From positions 310,001-374,000 of the forward strand of contig CM039007.1 in NCBI GenBank assembly GCA_017499595.2: DNA of 64,000 bases, given 5' to 3'. The notes under the pieces were generated by a model. It was not told where the DNA came from, did not search any database, and worked only from the letters and a program-made list of their open reading frames with translations. The first letter of the stretch is position 1; each line of letters starts with the position of its first letter. The translations under genes and the position numbers were made by a program. This DNA is from Psilocybe cubensis (lineage: Eukaryota). Below are positions 13,215 through 27,200 of the stretch, piece after piece.

Positions 13215-16020
13215 ATGTCAGAGAAAGACTTGTCTTTCAAACCTCGTCCAACTCCCCGTTTTTCCAGTGACACGGTTGGACAAGGGCAGACCGCAAAGAA
13301 GCATTCTTTCTCTATGCCTGCCAGAATGGGACACGAGAATTCAGATGGTCCGGAAAGATTCATCCCCGGTGCATTCCCCACCGATAACTCACCAGCACCC
13401 AACAGTATGTTTCAATTTATATCACCCACTCTCGTCACTGACAAATTGTCTACAAGGGCGTCAAGGTGTCAGAGTTGGCACAGGGATGATGCTCAATGAC
13501 CCGGACGAGGTAGATAGGACTCAGCTCCCCACCTCAGAGGAGCCTTCTCTTTCCCGCGTAGGTGTAGGGTCGCTTCCAGGAGGTATCAAGGAACCAGGCG
13601 TCGCGATTTTGCCGGAGGAACGTCTCCACCCTGACCCATATCTTCGTGGATATACCGCACTCGATGGTACGTCTGGCACTGTGTCACGTCTACCATTTGC
13701 TTGCTTATCTTTATTATCAGCCTCTTCCCTTCAGAAGGGAATCCAGCGCAACCGAACGTACGAGTTACCTACAACCGAGGAGCCGTCCGGTTCTCGGGTT
13801 GGAATAGGATCAATGCCAGGCACAATTCATGAAGGAGGCGTTGCCACTCTACCTGAGGAACGCATTGACGGTCGGCCTTATGGTAGTGGTCACACAGGGT
13901 TTGAAAGTGAGATGACTTGCTTATTTTTTAAGTTGTACTTTAACTCGGTCGCAGAAACCTTGGGGAAGGGGCATACTGTTCGACAAGTTCATCCAGTTCA
14001 TGGTACCAAGCCCAAAAAGAAGCACAGTAGGTGTACCGTAAACCACAAACGTCACTTTTTGACCTTCGATTTAGGCATTGGTTCCAAGCCAAAGCAAGCC
14101 CCACAACATGCCAAGTCGCCTCCAAAATCAAGTGAGTTCTAATCGTGTCGAACCCTTCAAATGCTGAATATCTTTGAAGACGCTAAAATCATTGTGGATG
14201 ACCAGGCGCGTCAGGCCCTTCATGAGCAAAATCCTATTCGCCCATCGCCGTCCAAGAGCAACACTTTCCCCTCTGACGAACGTACTCTTCCGGGGGACAC
14301 CATTTTTAGTGCCACTCAGCGAGCGCGTGCCCACGATCCGAACTTCATACATGGTTCCGGTGGCAAACCCGCTTCTCGACCCATTGAAGAACCCGCCACC
14401 ACCACGGATGATCAGCGGAAGAAGGTGTCACAAAACCTTGCTACTCAAGGTAGTCAGGGTCTGGGGAATGCTGCACATGTAGGCTCAAGCATGTTGCAGA
14501 GCGTCGAGGGTGCTGCTATTGGGGCATTGCATGGCGCTGAGCATGTGTTTCACAACATCGAATCAAGTGCCAGGGCCTATTTCCCTGATGTCTCGAAGCA
14601 AGGGGCGGAGAACATGCTCCATAGTCTCGAATCAGGTGCGAAAGCACATATGCCTAGCGTCCCTAGCTACTTCAGTACGTTTCCTGAATATGCCACTCTG
14701 TTCTGTGCTGACGTGTTGTTGCAGGGGGAGGAAATGTTCGTGCCGCGAAGAATACGTCTCAGGGCCAACATAGTACTCCTTCGGGGGGTGTCGGTGGGCC
14801 AATGAATGCAACGGGTTCGGGAAGCTTCACCACGTCAGGCGCTGATGCCCCACACTCTAAAGCCAAAGATTTTGCAATGCCGGACTCTCAACCCAATCAA
14901 CACGGTGGCACTGATGCTTCTGAAACCATTATTCATCGTCCCAGAGGCGTCGAAGCAGAATACTTCAGAATCGGCGAGTTTGACATTTACGGAGAGCGAC
15001 TTGACACAGACCAGTTCGTATACGAAGATGATATCACCACAGAGGAGGGCGATTCTATCCGGTCTCGGAACTCAGAACATTTCTTTGCTAAGGCTGATGC
15101 CGACCGAGATCGTGCTAGCGACCGGGCTCGAGGTTCCTATGCTCCTGGTGACGGCTCCAAGCGCCAGGGTGATTCGCCTGAAGTCTTGTATGGTTACGGA
15201 GGGGTCGGATACTATAAACAAGGCGGAGAGGGCATTTTACCTGGTTATCCCACTCCCGAAGGCATGAACAAGTTGATCTCGGACCGACTGAAGGACGATC
15301 ATCTTCGAGCCACTGCAGGTGATTTAATTCTTCCAGATGCGAATTATTTTGCTCAATCACACATAGGTTCCAACTCGGCCAAAGAAAAGTTCAATACAGC
15401 CAAGTCGGAAGCCGTTCAAGGTCCAATCAGTGAAGGGATTTCAGTGGATACGGAACATTACGACGATGAAATCAAGCGTGAGTGTTGTCTCGCGCGTCGT
15501 TAAAGATCATCCGTCATGTAGACTTACCCACCCCATCAGTCGTTAAACGTGATCCTGAGGAATTGAAGGAAATTCCGGTTTTTGAAGGAGGTGCTTCTTC
15601 TGCGTCAGGAAAATTCGAAGCTGTGTTTGAAGCTGCTCCCGACGAATACAAGACACCCACGGACCTTGGGTCGAAAGGATCTAGCCCGTATCCTCTTGAA
15701 GCCAAGGAGGTTCCCGTTTTCAAGTCAGGAGAACCTACTGCGGTGGGGAAATATGAAGCGGTTTTTCAGCCAGCCACTACCGGACGGCGCGTAGAAGGCC
15801 CTAAACTCGCCAAGGAAGAGGTCAAGTGGAAGGAGTATCAAACATCGAAGAACGTTGCTCCCACTGGGGGTCTGAAAGTTGGATATTTGGGGAAGCCTGT
15901 CTCCGAGGAAGAAGTATGTGTCCTTGTATCTCCGTAAGCCTTGTTCTAATAATCTTTCAGAAAGCACTTGAACTTGAACAAGCAAGACAAGCTGCTGTCC
16001 GAAAAATGGGAATAGATTGA
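13215..16020 (+). CDS. Hypothetical hydrophilic multi-exon protein with internal repeats
   Basis: Chain of ORFs joined by short GT-AG introns. Two copies of LPTxEEPSxSRVGxGSxPGxIxExGVAxLPEER and two of KE(I/V)PVF..GK(F/Y)EAVF. Ends ..AAVRKMGID*. Confidence 0.7.
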
Positions 16021-16923
16021 ATGCATGTTTCGCACGATTTTGAAAGCAATTTGCCTTTCCGCAGGCTCAGTCATTATTTTTCACAGTAATAGGCCATTGT
16101 ATACTAAATTACATTGTACATCTACTAACCAACATTGCTAATGATAATTTGGCCTACGTTTGCCTCGCTGCTTTTCACGGAAAATTGGTGGTCTAAGAGC
16201 ATACACATATTTTATTCACTATGAGCAATTCAAGGCCGCCTTGTTATTTCAGCGACAATTATCAGACCGTTCTAGAAACTATGAGGTACTCATGACGTGC
16301 AATTGATCATCAGGAGTCTCTTCGTGCACGTTCAGGCAACAATTTAATTTTCGGGTTATTCTAGGCATTGAACAATTAACTGGAAGCAATAGGCCTTGTG
16401 CACCATTCTGCACCATTGCAAAGCATCCTCTGACATCTTTCGCTTATCAGATCACATATAATTAAATCGGGCGACGCGATTACGACCGAAGATATCCTGA
16501 AATCTCTGTGAGCTGACTTAAGGCTAAGTTTGTATTGGTGAAATGATCTCTGTGCAATAAGGATCTTCGACAACAATTGATCAGAAGGAGATATAGAAGA
16601 ACTAAGCTAAGCCAACGTATCGATAACAATGTTTTCTGCGTCGGAGTCAGAGCCACCTTATGTTCATGAACTGTAAGCGTAAGCGGAGGGTTATTATCGG
16701 ACAAACCGTGAATGGTCGGTGATTAAGGTGCCAATCTATATCCCGGAAAATGTAGATGGTGGCGCACACCCCTCCCCTCTGTTCGATGGGCGCTACCTTC
16801 TATTTTATTTCCAAAGAGGTGATTGGGGACGTCGCTGTCTTTTGTAATACCAGAAGGGCCCCGAATGCTACCATCGGATACAAGGCTGACTGTATAGTAT
16901 ATGAGGTACTACCAAGGCGAAGA

Positions 16924-18886
16924 TTAATCAGAAATGGCGAGGGCTTCAGTTTCCTCTGACGCATTATCGTGCATTGTCCAGAGGTCATTAGCCAATTCTC
17001 TGAGATCGTCAACCGGGATGTCAATAGAGGCAGTGGTTGTTGTCCGCCGCTTTCCGCACTCATCGATGAACATCGCATATTTTCGGAACATCTTGGAGCT
17101 GTTGCTTGAGGCTGACAAGGAAGAGTAGACCTCAGCGACCTCGGAGTTTTTCTTGCTTTTCGGTGATTCTGAGGCGTTGAAGATTGGAAAGGAATTAGGA
17201 AGAGGAAGCGCATGAGCGTGCACGCTAAATCAAAAATTAAAAGTTAGAAGATAGCTAGCTGGACGGATGATTCGACGTCTGGAGTTACCTCGACTTAACA
17301 CATAAGTTTTGAGTCGACCATGTGTCGTATTCCCCTATCTGTTTCGGGGTGAGACCTCGCGTCACATCCCAGCGGCAGTATGGGGACTATAATCGTATCA
17401 GCAAAACATTACCATGTTTAAACTAATTCCATACTTTGACAGATTCTTCAGAGGAGAAATTGGCTATATCTCTAGTGAAGTCTACGCGAGGGAACGAACC
17501 AGAGAGTTCACTGAATGGGGAGGTTCCGCGATAGTTGAGATGACCTGAAACGGATGGAATGTCATAATGGTTATGGGGCAATCTAAAATTTGATCAGGAA
17601 ACAGTAAAGTCGTAAAACTGATGAGATCCACCGGAAGGGAAGTGTGCATGTTTCGACGTGAGCCGAAAGAATAGCCGATTGGTGATATAAACTCGTAGGC
17701 TACGGGGGAAGGTATTAAAATCATTCCGAAAGAAGGGTTTACACGACAGACCGGAAAGTTCAGTGGTTCTCTCCAAACCGAGGTGGACCAAAGTTTTGGG
17801 TCTTCAATGGGAACATTCATGGTTGAAAACTCATTTAGCGTGCACAAATATAACGCTTCATTCACTAATCTTCTTGTTTTTTTCGGCTGGCTGACTTCTT
17901 GAGAAAGGCGCAATAGGGGCGTTAAAGCACTTACTGCGTCGTAATCCGACGTGGCGCCTGATAAGATAGGAAATGAAAATGATGGAAGTTTGGGATATTC
18001 ATCCCGGAAGTGTGTGAAAAAGGTGCCCATAAAACTTCCAAAAGTATCGGTATCGTTGATCAGTTGTACACCCTAAAATCACATATCAACAAATTCCGAA
18101 GCAAAAAGAAACAACATACTTGGATATTATCACAATCTTCAACAAATAAACGCAAAGTACCATCCATTAGTTCGGTTTCCTAGACAGCTGTAAGTCCTAT
18201 GCTAGCTCATAGCTGTAGAATATAGAGAAACCTCATTTAATCGTGTAAAGACCTCAAGACCATGATTCAAATCGACGTTTGTCGTCTCCCACTCAGGGGG
18301 ATCAGGTATCTTCTGCAGAGTCCTAGGAAGATAATAGACCCTACTGTAGTCGGACCAGTAGCGGAAGTCTTGAATAAGAACGAGATCTGAAGACTGGTTC
18401 TTGTCCTCATCCTCTTCCAAAGAAGACTGAAAGGCGCTTTTTGAGATACGATCTTGTTTATATTCCACGAGCTCCCCGTTCCTACGGTTCCTAGTCAGAT
18501 AATTACATTGAATAGCGATACTCATACCATGTATTCGACAAAGACTCGATTTCAATATCTTCTCCTCCTAAAGTATTCAAACTCCCCAAAGCACCAAAGT
18601 TTGCTGCGCATCATACTGAGTTGCATCCCACATCTGCACTTTCACGACATACATTTGTGATCAAATGTGATTAAACGAGGACATAACGTGGATATATTCT
18701 AATCACAATGAGTTCCGGTTGATAGATAGAGGCCCTTCTTACCTGAGAGTCTATACTTTCACAAAATGATATGTCTGGAGCAGTATACGGTTCTTCAGAT
18801 TGGAGATAACTTTCTTGGGCATTCCAGAAGTGTGTGCCGGTGTAGTTTGCGAGTTTTCCGGCTTGTAAGTATATAATTTCCTTCAT
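16924..18886 (-). CDS. DML1: Misato/DML1 tubulin-like protein
   Basis: Starts MKEIIYLQAGKLANYTGTHFWNAQESY; contains FRYWSDYSRVYY and a C-terminal DDLRELANDLW, typical of Misato segment II / DML1. Confidence 0.88.
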
Positions 18887-20366
18887 ATCCTTGGTTAATA
18901 TAAGCACGGATTGTTTGCGCAAAGTGGTCGTAAAGCATGTAGGGTTGAGTTGATGAAAAACCAGTGCTTGCTTACGTAGCTTTGAGACCGGATTGGGATC
19001 GGACCGCTTTAATCACGTGGCTGGATATTTGTAGATATTTATCGTTGTTACCCCTATACACCTCAATCTAACTTCTTATGAAAAGCAAATGAAAGGAACG
19101 TACTGAGAACGAAATCAAATTTCAATCCATATTTCATCCATATAAAGAGGCTACTGGAATCTTTAAGATCTGAATTCTAATTGAATTCAATATCTCAGAC
19201 ACAGGAGAAATTATGGATGAACATCAAAAACCATCAAAATAGACTCGACGCTGTGAGGCTACCCCTAAAAGTGGCTCCTATTTCTTTGCAAGGATGCCGA
19301 AAAGGTGTAACTCCAAAATGTCAACAAAATGACATATAATATTAATAAACACCTACCTGATATTCACTCAATATAAATCAACCATTGGACCGAAGATAAA
19401 CAGGCAAAAACTTGCTCGTCAATAGTTAAGGAGCATTTTATTAAGTACTACCTTCGTCCTGTGATAGATTACTGTTAAATATGTAACCGAATTTGTCTTT
19501 CTTCGGCGTTTCACGCTTTTATCCATTCTAACTCCGAGTCGTACTCTGGAGTAAAAAAACGACAAGAATAGAGCAGCATTTGCATACTCAAAACCGACAG
19601 AAAGGTACCCAACCGGGACACAAATGAGAATCTAATTATTGCCCACCCCAAGGAAGTGTCATGGCCGGTCCGCCTAAGGCGATGGATTTGCACCCGTACA
19701 AATGGCCAAGTCATACGAACGAGTGGGAAAGAGTAGCAAAACTCCAACGGACCGCTCTGACTTGCGAAAATTCGGCGCCCTTAAAATGCTCTCGAACATA
19801 TTTGATGGCTCGGCCAAGTTCTGAAAATAAGCTACTGTTCTAATGATGATCGGCTGCTAAGCTCCCCCTTATTCTTCCATGATCATACTCTTAACCTTCA
19901 ATTTAAATCCTCGGACTATAGTCGGCTTCGATCACCCTGATGTGCGTAACGTGAGCCTGGAAATAGAACCAGTCACTTCACAAATCTGGCTGTTGATACA
20001 TGACAAGAATCGAGAAACACGGAGTTAGACCTCGAAATTTCTAAGACCTTAATTGCTTCTTTCCTCCTCGAGATCATTTTACACCTGAATGCTTAGCGTC
20101 CGAATACATTGCGACATAAATCCGGTTGAACTAAACACTGTAATCCTTGACCATCCAATCCAAATGAAACTAGCCAAGGTGATAAAACTACAATGAAAAA
20201 TTAGTACAATGCATAGGGAAAAGGTATATTACATGGGTTAGGGTCCGGCCCTGGATATGCGAATGAAATTGTACATAGCATAAAAACAATGCTAAAATGT
20301 AGAGGATAGCAATTAACAAAGTCCATTGTCTTGCAGAATAAATTAGAACCTAAAAGCTTTTGTATG

Positions 20367-21498
20367 TCATAGGATAACTTTGAGTTTTTGAAGTGCCCGA
20401 CGGTCTTCTGAAGACAATGGCGTGTAGTGACTTGGATACACCGGACTACTATGTGGATGAGGAAGATGAGGTCGCTTTCCATACGACCCTAATGATGAAA
20501 TAGGGGGTAGTGAGATGTTCTGCGAATTTGACGATTGCGAGGATAACCTCGGAGAGTATACCGACGAAGAAAGAGGAGACGGCGGAGGAGAGAATGCAGG
20601 AGACATAGGATAGGTTGGTATATGTCCAGTATGATAAACATCCTCGTGAGGCTCGCTTTCGTCCGAGTATGAAGCGAATCTGTCTGTGGTTGAGCAGAGA
20701 ACTTTATTGCTAAAGAAGATGCCATTTGGAGCGTGAATATTTCGGAGGTAAGCGTAGTTTTCAATGACAGGAAGTCGGGCATAGTCTTCTCCCTACATGA
20801 TCACCGTAATTAGACGTTGCTTCTGAGGGGTTAAAACAGTAACGAACCGAAAAGTAGGCGACTACATGCCATTTGCGGGGCTCGGTAGTGCCAGGGAGGT
20901 TAACAGTTACAGAGTAAGTCTGTTTTGTCAAGCCGTTCGGTTTTGAAGGACGATCCTTTCGTCGTATCGGAGGCGGAACATTGGCATTAGGATCAGATGC
21001 CCTGCGTGCTCTGAGTATCTTATCAGCGGTACGAACTCAAGTTGTTTAATATACTCCTGTACCTTCGAGCAGCTTTTGCATCTCTTTCTTCTTGTGTGGT
21101 TTCGATTTTTTCTTCATAAAATAGGTAATCCCCTCTCATTCTACTCTGGGACCTGCAATGATAATGAAATTTCTGTATCAGAAAATAAAAGCGAACACAC
21201 CATCTTCTTCCGTCTGTCCACCGCAGAAGCCCACCGTCGTCTTGAGCTTCTTCCCAGACGTAAACATGGCCGCTCTTGAGTTCATCTCTCTCGCTGGCCA
21301 AAAGGCGTCGTTTAATAAGGGGTAAAATGTTGAGCCTGACGGCCTCAAGAACGACATGGGCGTCATGGACATCGCGTATATCTGTGCGTAATCAATCTCT
21401 ATTGCTTGAGGTGATCAATCGAGAGCCGTACGAAGTGCAGGGTGCGTAACAGCACTCTCCTTGACGAGACCGTATGAGCGAGGCTGAGTAGAGTACAT
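20367..21498 (-). CDS. Gti1/Pac2 (WOPR) family transcriptional regulator
   Basis: HIRDVHDAHVVLEAVRLNILPLIKRRLLASERDELKSGHVYVWEE..RWTDGRRW/SQSRMRGDYLFYEE and GLTKQTYS; ends SSEDRRALQKLKVIL*. Confidence 0.9.
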
Positions 21499-24244
21499 TC
21501 TGGCGACGTGTTTGACAAGATAGTTGAACAGACGTCGTGTTTATATACAATTTGATATATAGGATGCAATCATCGTAGCCACCTGAGATCATGATCCTCC
21601 TCGGGGAGTTAGCGGAGACACGCGAAAATAGAGATCTTCTAAGTTACGTCGAAAGGGGCCAGGATGGACCTGAAGACAGATAGAGACAGATCTTCAAACC
21701 TTCCAGCAAACAGGCTCAAATTGGATGATTCGACCATTTTCCAAGAAAAAATCGACGGACGGTCCGATATAGTTAAAATAGATCAGATTACTCGTGGCAG
21801 TCCATTTTTGTCCGGCGGTAAGGCTTATTTGCAACCCGGTACCCCCAATCACATTCCTTCGACCCAGTGCTTTCTTGGATAGACCTGTATCATTTGAAGT
21901 TTAGTACTGTCATGAGGAGGCAGATACCCCTCTTTACCATAATTCAATCACCACTGCCAATGGGCGCAAGATAGTGATTCTTCTTGCTTTCGATGTACTA
22001 GTTTACTCTCAAACACACAGGGGAAACTTCGGACGGCCGAGGTTTTGCCATTCCTAGCAACCAAAACGAGCAATTCATCCTCGTCTATCTAGGATCAAAA
22101 CGAAAGTAAGTTTATCGGCGAATATGAATTGGTACCCCAGTCTTGAAATCTTGGCGTAGGGAAGTCTAGGAAATCTGTGGGATAAGTCTTTGTCTTGATA
22201 CCCTTGAGGCAATATCACAGAAAAACGTCTTCTTTCCACATGGTAACATAGAAAATCATTCATCACCTGCTGTTTCGACCAAGAGATCGCGCACAAGGCT
22301 TTTCGAAATGACTATTGCTCTACTTAATACGGTATTTAAACATCTTTATGATTTGTTGTCTTTGCCAAAAACGCCGTTACACATCCAATTATACTGACGT
22401 CATTTTTTGAACTGTCTGAACATAAGTGGTCATTTCATTGAGGCTTTAATCTTGTAAAACTTTAACTAACAGTGCTGAGCGTTCAAGGAATAAAGCACAT
22501 ACTTTGAGGATTCATTGAAACAGTATTTCGGGTTCAAGCAATCACGAAAATCCCTAATTGGATAATCTGAAGTTTTCTTCCCAAAAGGTGAAGGCATTGT
22601 TGATGTATGCCCATCAAGGATAAATGGGTAACCGATTTGAGAGGTCCAGAGACTTCGTATAAAGTCCTTTACGATGACTTTGGTTTTAATATGCTCAGCT
22701 GATCATCGACACTAGACGAGCATCTGTGATAAAAGTTACTGTTTGCGCAGTAACAGAGAGCATGAATCCATCATGACGAAGAGTAGAAATATAGACGATG
22801 TAACCACATTCAGTCTACCTCCAGTTTTGACGTGGCTAGCAGCAATTTTTGTTTGATTCTGGTACCATATCAGCAAACTCGACCTTTGCAGCGGTGCTCA
22901 TACTCGGTCCGTATATAATTTTACTCCCATGAGAGTGCAGTAGAGAGAGATTCACTGTGAAACGGAGGCCAAAAGAGACCCATCGCAGCAAGCGGAACAT
23001 CCTTGGAGGTATCTGCCATTAGCATTAGGATGTAAGGCTCCAAAAACTCAGGTAATTTTAGACCTTGGAAAAAACTGTCCATATCTATTAGAACACCAGT
23101 ACCATAGCTTAACGTCTCAGGGACGATGAAGCGGACATAAGGGCTTTGATTATCAAGAAGCATACGTCAATAACAGCGACGTGCACACTCAAAAACAATC
23201 ACAAGGTGTGATTTCTTATATACCTGACCGAGACTAATCGTAAGTTTGACACGTCATGTTCGCATAGCCAGTCTGTTGGCTCTCACAGCACAGTACCCGT
23301 AAGTATAAAGCATACAATGCCTTAGAGCTCTAATGACCTACACACACGATGTTTGGAAGTGTACTATACACCATGAATGATCAGCAGGACAGACACCATG
23401 TAACTCACTATTCAATCAAACATTTTCAAAGGCTAGAAGCAAACGACTCATTTAAGATATGTGACAGAGCATAACACTCCTTTGGCACATCATGCATCAT
23501 GGCTTAGCGTTCAGGTAAAAGGGGCCAAACGGCCCGGCGATGAACAGTTTTTGGGTAGATCTTCTCAGAATGCGTAGTCCATCCTTTGAACCGTGCATCC
23601 AAAAATAGATCCAGGACTGGCTATTAAGGCCAAGAAATATGCAAACTAGCAATGAGGAGCACAAAGAACAAATATAAACCATGTCTAGATATACGCTACA
23701 GCATATCGAGAAGCACTTCTTGTAGAGTCAATAACAAACACCGATACTAAAATAAAGTAAACCATGTGTTTGCATACCAAGTATTCAAGTTCATGCGCGG
23801 TTACCAGTTACCGGGTTGAACGCCTCCCTCGGAGATTATTGATTGTGACACTGTTTCTTTGGCACACATTGCACAGGCCCTACATACATCGGTTCCAGTT
23901 GAACTACCCACTATTCTAGTCGAAAATCTTTCTTTCTCAATGGAAAAGTTCCATGTACAAAATTTCAGATATTCGACCAATGAGGCTTAAGTCTTACGGT
24001 CGAAATGAAGAGTTTGGAAGCCCTATCACACACTCGTGGCTCGTGGTATTCCAAGTATTCGGGTATTCAGGTGTACCCTTCCTCCGGAAACCCCTCATCA
24101 AGCTATCAGTGAGATTTATTACATGCACAGACTCATCATAACAATTATGTGAAATTAAGTAGCTGATTATAACAATGTCCATTTTGCATAAAATACATGA
24201 CAAACGCTGTCCATATTGATGAGATAGAGTTCAAAGTTGCTAGG

Positions 24245-27200
24245 TCATCGAGATGTTGGTTCCGTGGCGTCGGGCTTGAAGCGAAGACGAGCGAGCAATA
24301 CTGCTTCCATAGGCCCTCCATGAAGTGACACTTTACTTGCAGACAGTCGTGTAATTTCCTCCTCCGAATCCGAGTCCTCTAGGCCTCTAGGTCCATCTGT
24401 ATCGGTGGTGAAAGTACCCCATGGCTTACCAATTTGGGGGTTGGCGTATACATTAAAGCGCGCCTATTCCATAAAAGGCATTTAAATCAGTGTGTGAAAA
24501 AAAGAAGAACAACTTACATGTCCCTCTGGATGGCTATGACTAACTAATAGAGCATAAGCTGGAGTTTTAAGCGTGCCAATTACTGATGGAAAGCTTGATT
24601 TCAAGATTAAGGAATAAATCAGTTGAGGAAACTTACTCAGAAAAAGATCCTCCCTTTGAATACGATGCTGATGTCCGTAGATGCGCATGATAGTGTCAAC
24701 GTTATTCTGGAACCATCTTTTTGGAGCGTTTAGCTTTAACATATACCGATACTCCGTTGTCTCGGTGTACAGGATTGCTGCCTTGTGACCAGCTTTCAGA
24801 GGAAATGATGGTCGCCTCACAATATCTTCTCTGAAGAAAGATTCAAATTAATCCGAACGACTATTCCATTGGACATTTGACTTACGAAGAATTTCTGAAT
24901 GTCAACGAACCGATCAGAATATCAAATGCTCTTTGGGCTGCTGTCTTCTTTGGTAAACGTTGCACCTCTTCTTGCACATTTCCATACCCATGAATGGACG
25001 GTAGACATTGAATTCCTGGATGATCTGACTTATGGGGCTCATATGAATTAAAGAGTGTTACGAATCTGCCTTCAGGTTTCAGCAAGTATCCGACAGCGCC
25101 AATGTCAACTTGGCAAGGCTCCCAGAGTGGAAGACTGACTAGAAAGCGATCATCATCATAGTCAAGATCAGATACTCCATATTAGATAATGGAGAACGCT
25201 CACGGGATTTATGGTGTTCGTGTGCAAGTAGTAGACGATAACGTCGCTCGTTTCTACGCTTCGCCATTTGTTCGTCCACAGGAGGAGGGGAATCATACCC
25301 ATCGGATCTGTGGAATTGTATCCGTTCTTCTGATCTCGATGCGGTAGCAAGAATCGAAGAGCTACGGGTTGAATGGCCTGGCGTATAGAGGACGGGCTCT
25401 GGCATTCTTATGCGCTCTGTCGCTACGGTGCTCTCCCTGTGTGGCTGATTTGGTGGGTGGTTTCCGCTGGGTGAATATGGCCCCTCGCTGTTAAGAGCAT
25501 CACTCAAGATGTCATCCGCTAGGATGGGCATCAGCGGACATCCATCTCCAGAAACAGTGGACTCACGAAGAACTGCGCCGCTTTCTTGCTTCAAAAATGG
25601 AGGTAGTTCTTGGGGCCTTAGGTCTGGAGATGGTGACGCTGCTGGCTCGGGTACTTCGTCAATAGCTGGAATCCTTGGACTGGGTGACTCGTATCCGTCA
25701 GCGAAACTTTTTCTGAGTAGCTTGAAGTCCCTGGATATTTTTGAAAAGGAAGGCCGGCTTTTCGGATCAAACTGCCAGCATGCCTTCACGATTTCCTGGA
25801 ATCCTGGGGTATTGAACCGAGAATATCTAGGGACCGGAGGCCGCTTGTCTTCGTCTATAATCATGCATTAGAGCGTATTTCGGGGTCGGTTGAATGTTTT
25901 ACCTAGGACATATCGTCGCACCGAATAATCGTCCATTGGACTCCAGGGCAGCTTCCCCATGTTCATTATCTCTACGCAAGTGATAGAGAAGGACCATACA
26001 TCGGCCTCAACGGTGAGCCGTGAGCGACCTGACATCAACTCGGGCGACTGCCATCCGAGTGTACCATCTATATACCGAATGTTCAGACAAATAAGTATGT
26101 CACGGAAAAAAGAAAATACATACGCGGATGGGTTCCACTGATTCTGAAAGCTTCAGTTTTCATTTCGCTCTGACCGAAATCGCATATGATACATCGGTAT
26201 TTGTCGTCCACTAGCACATTTGATGCTTTGAGATCACCGTGTAGCACTCCATTTCCATGGAGGTATTCCATCCCCTTCGCAATCTCATGCATAAAGCGGA
26301 AGAGGTCCCATTCTCGTGAGACAGGGGTATCGCGCGGAAGGGGTCTGATATTACGACTGTTGGGGGGAGTGAGATGTCCTGTAGGAGTGAGCCCATTGGC
26401 AAGATTTACCCCCAGCCACGGAGACATTGCAGGAAGGGTAGTCGCTCTTACACCTGATCCTGGTGGACGCGGCGTAGTGGTGGCGGAAGCGTTGCCTATG
26501 GACGCGAGGCCCAGTCCGGGAGGATTCTGTTCAGCTTCAATTTTTCTAAGATGTTCAGAAAGCGTGCCATTTTTGAGGTACTGCGTAACAAAGAACCATG
26601 GAGGATCTCCAGTAGCGCTGCTAGCGCCATACAGAGGAAGAACATTGGCGTGACGCAAGGTTTTCCATATACCCATCTCACGCTGGAAAAGCTTGCGGGG
26701 GGTCGTATCCGCGAGAACTTTGATGGCCACAGTCCGACCTTTCCATGTGCCTTTGTAGACAGTAGAGAAAAACCCGACACCAATCATTTGTCCTCTGTCG
26801 ACTTCGTATCTATTTCGGAGGAGTAAGTAAAATTCAAGGTAAAATTATGCTATACTCACTTGGTGATCGTCCAGGTCGGAACATAAATTTCGACTCCTTG
26901 ACTCATCCTCCTCAAGGATTCGATACCCGTCTCGATGAATTCCCTATCCAGTGTATCTCGTGGTACAGAAGCTGTCGAGCTCCCCGACACTGTGGCGCTC
27001 GTCCCAGAGCCACCAGATGCTTCCACAATAGAGCTATCGATGCTGATGACGGTTCCCGCACCTTTGACAGATTGATTCCCTGTACCTTCGTTGATACTGA
27101 TTTTGCCCAGGACCACACCCTTCGCAGAGCTTTTATCAGGTGTCTCTGTCTCTTGTGAGCTAACTCGCTCGAGGGCACGCTGCAGTGTCTTTATAGCGTC

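Noticed and set aside
22300..23800. Possible decayed F-box/LRR-like gene on the minus strand
   Set aside because: Only vague fragments (e.g. VTHLSLMGI) with no ordered motif set; cannot be supported without BLASTX.
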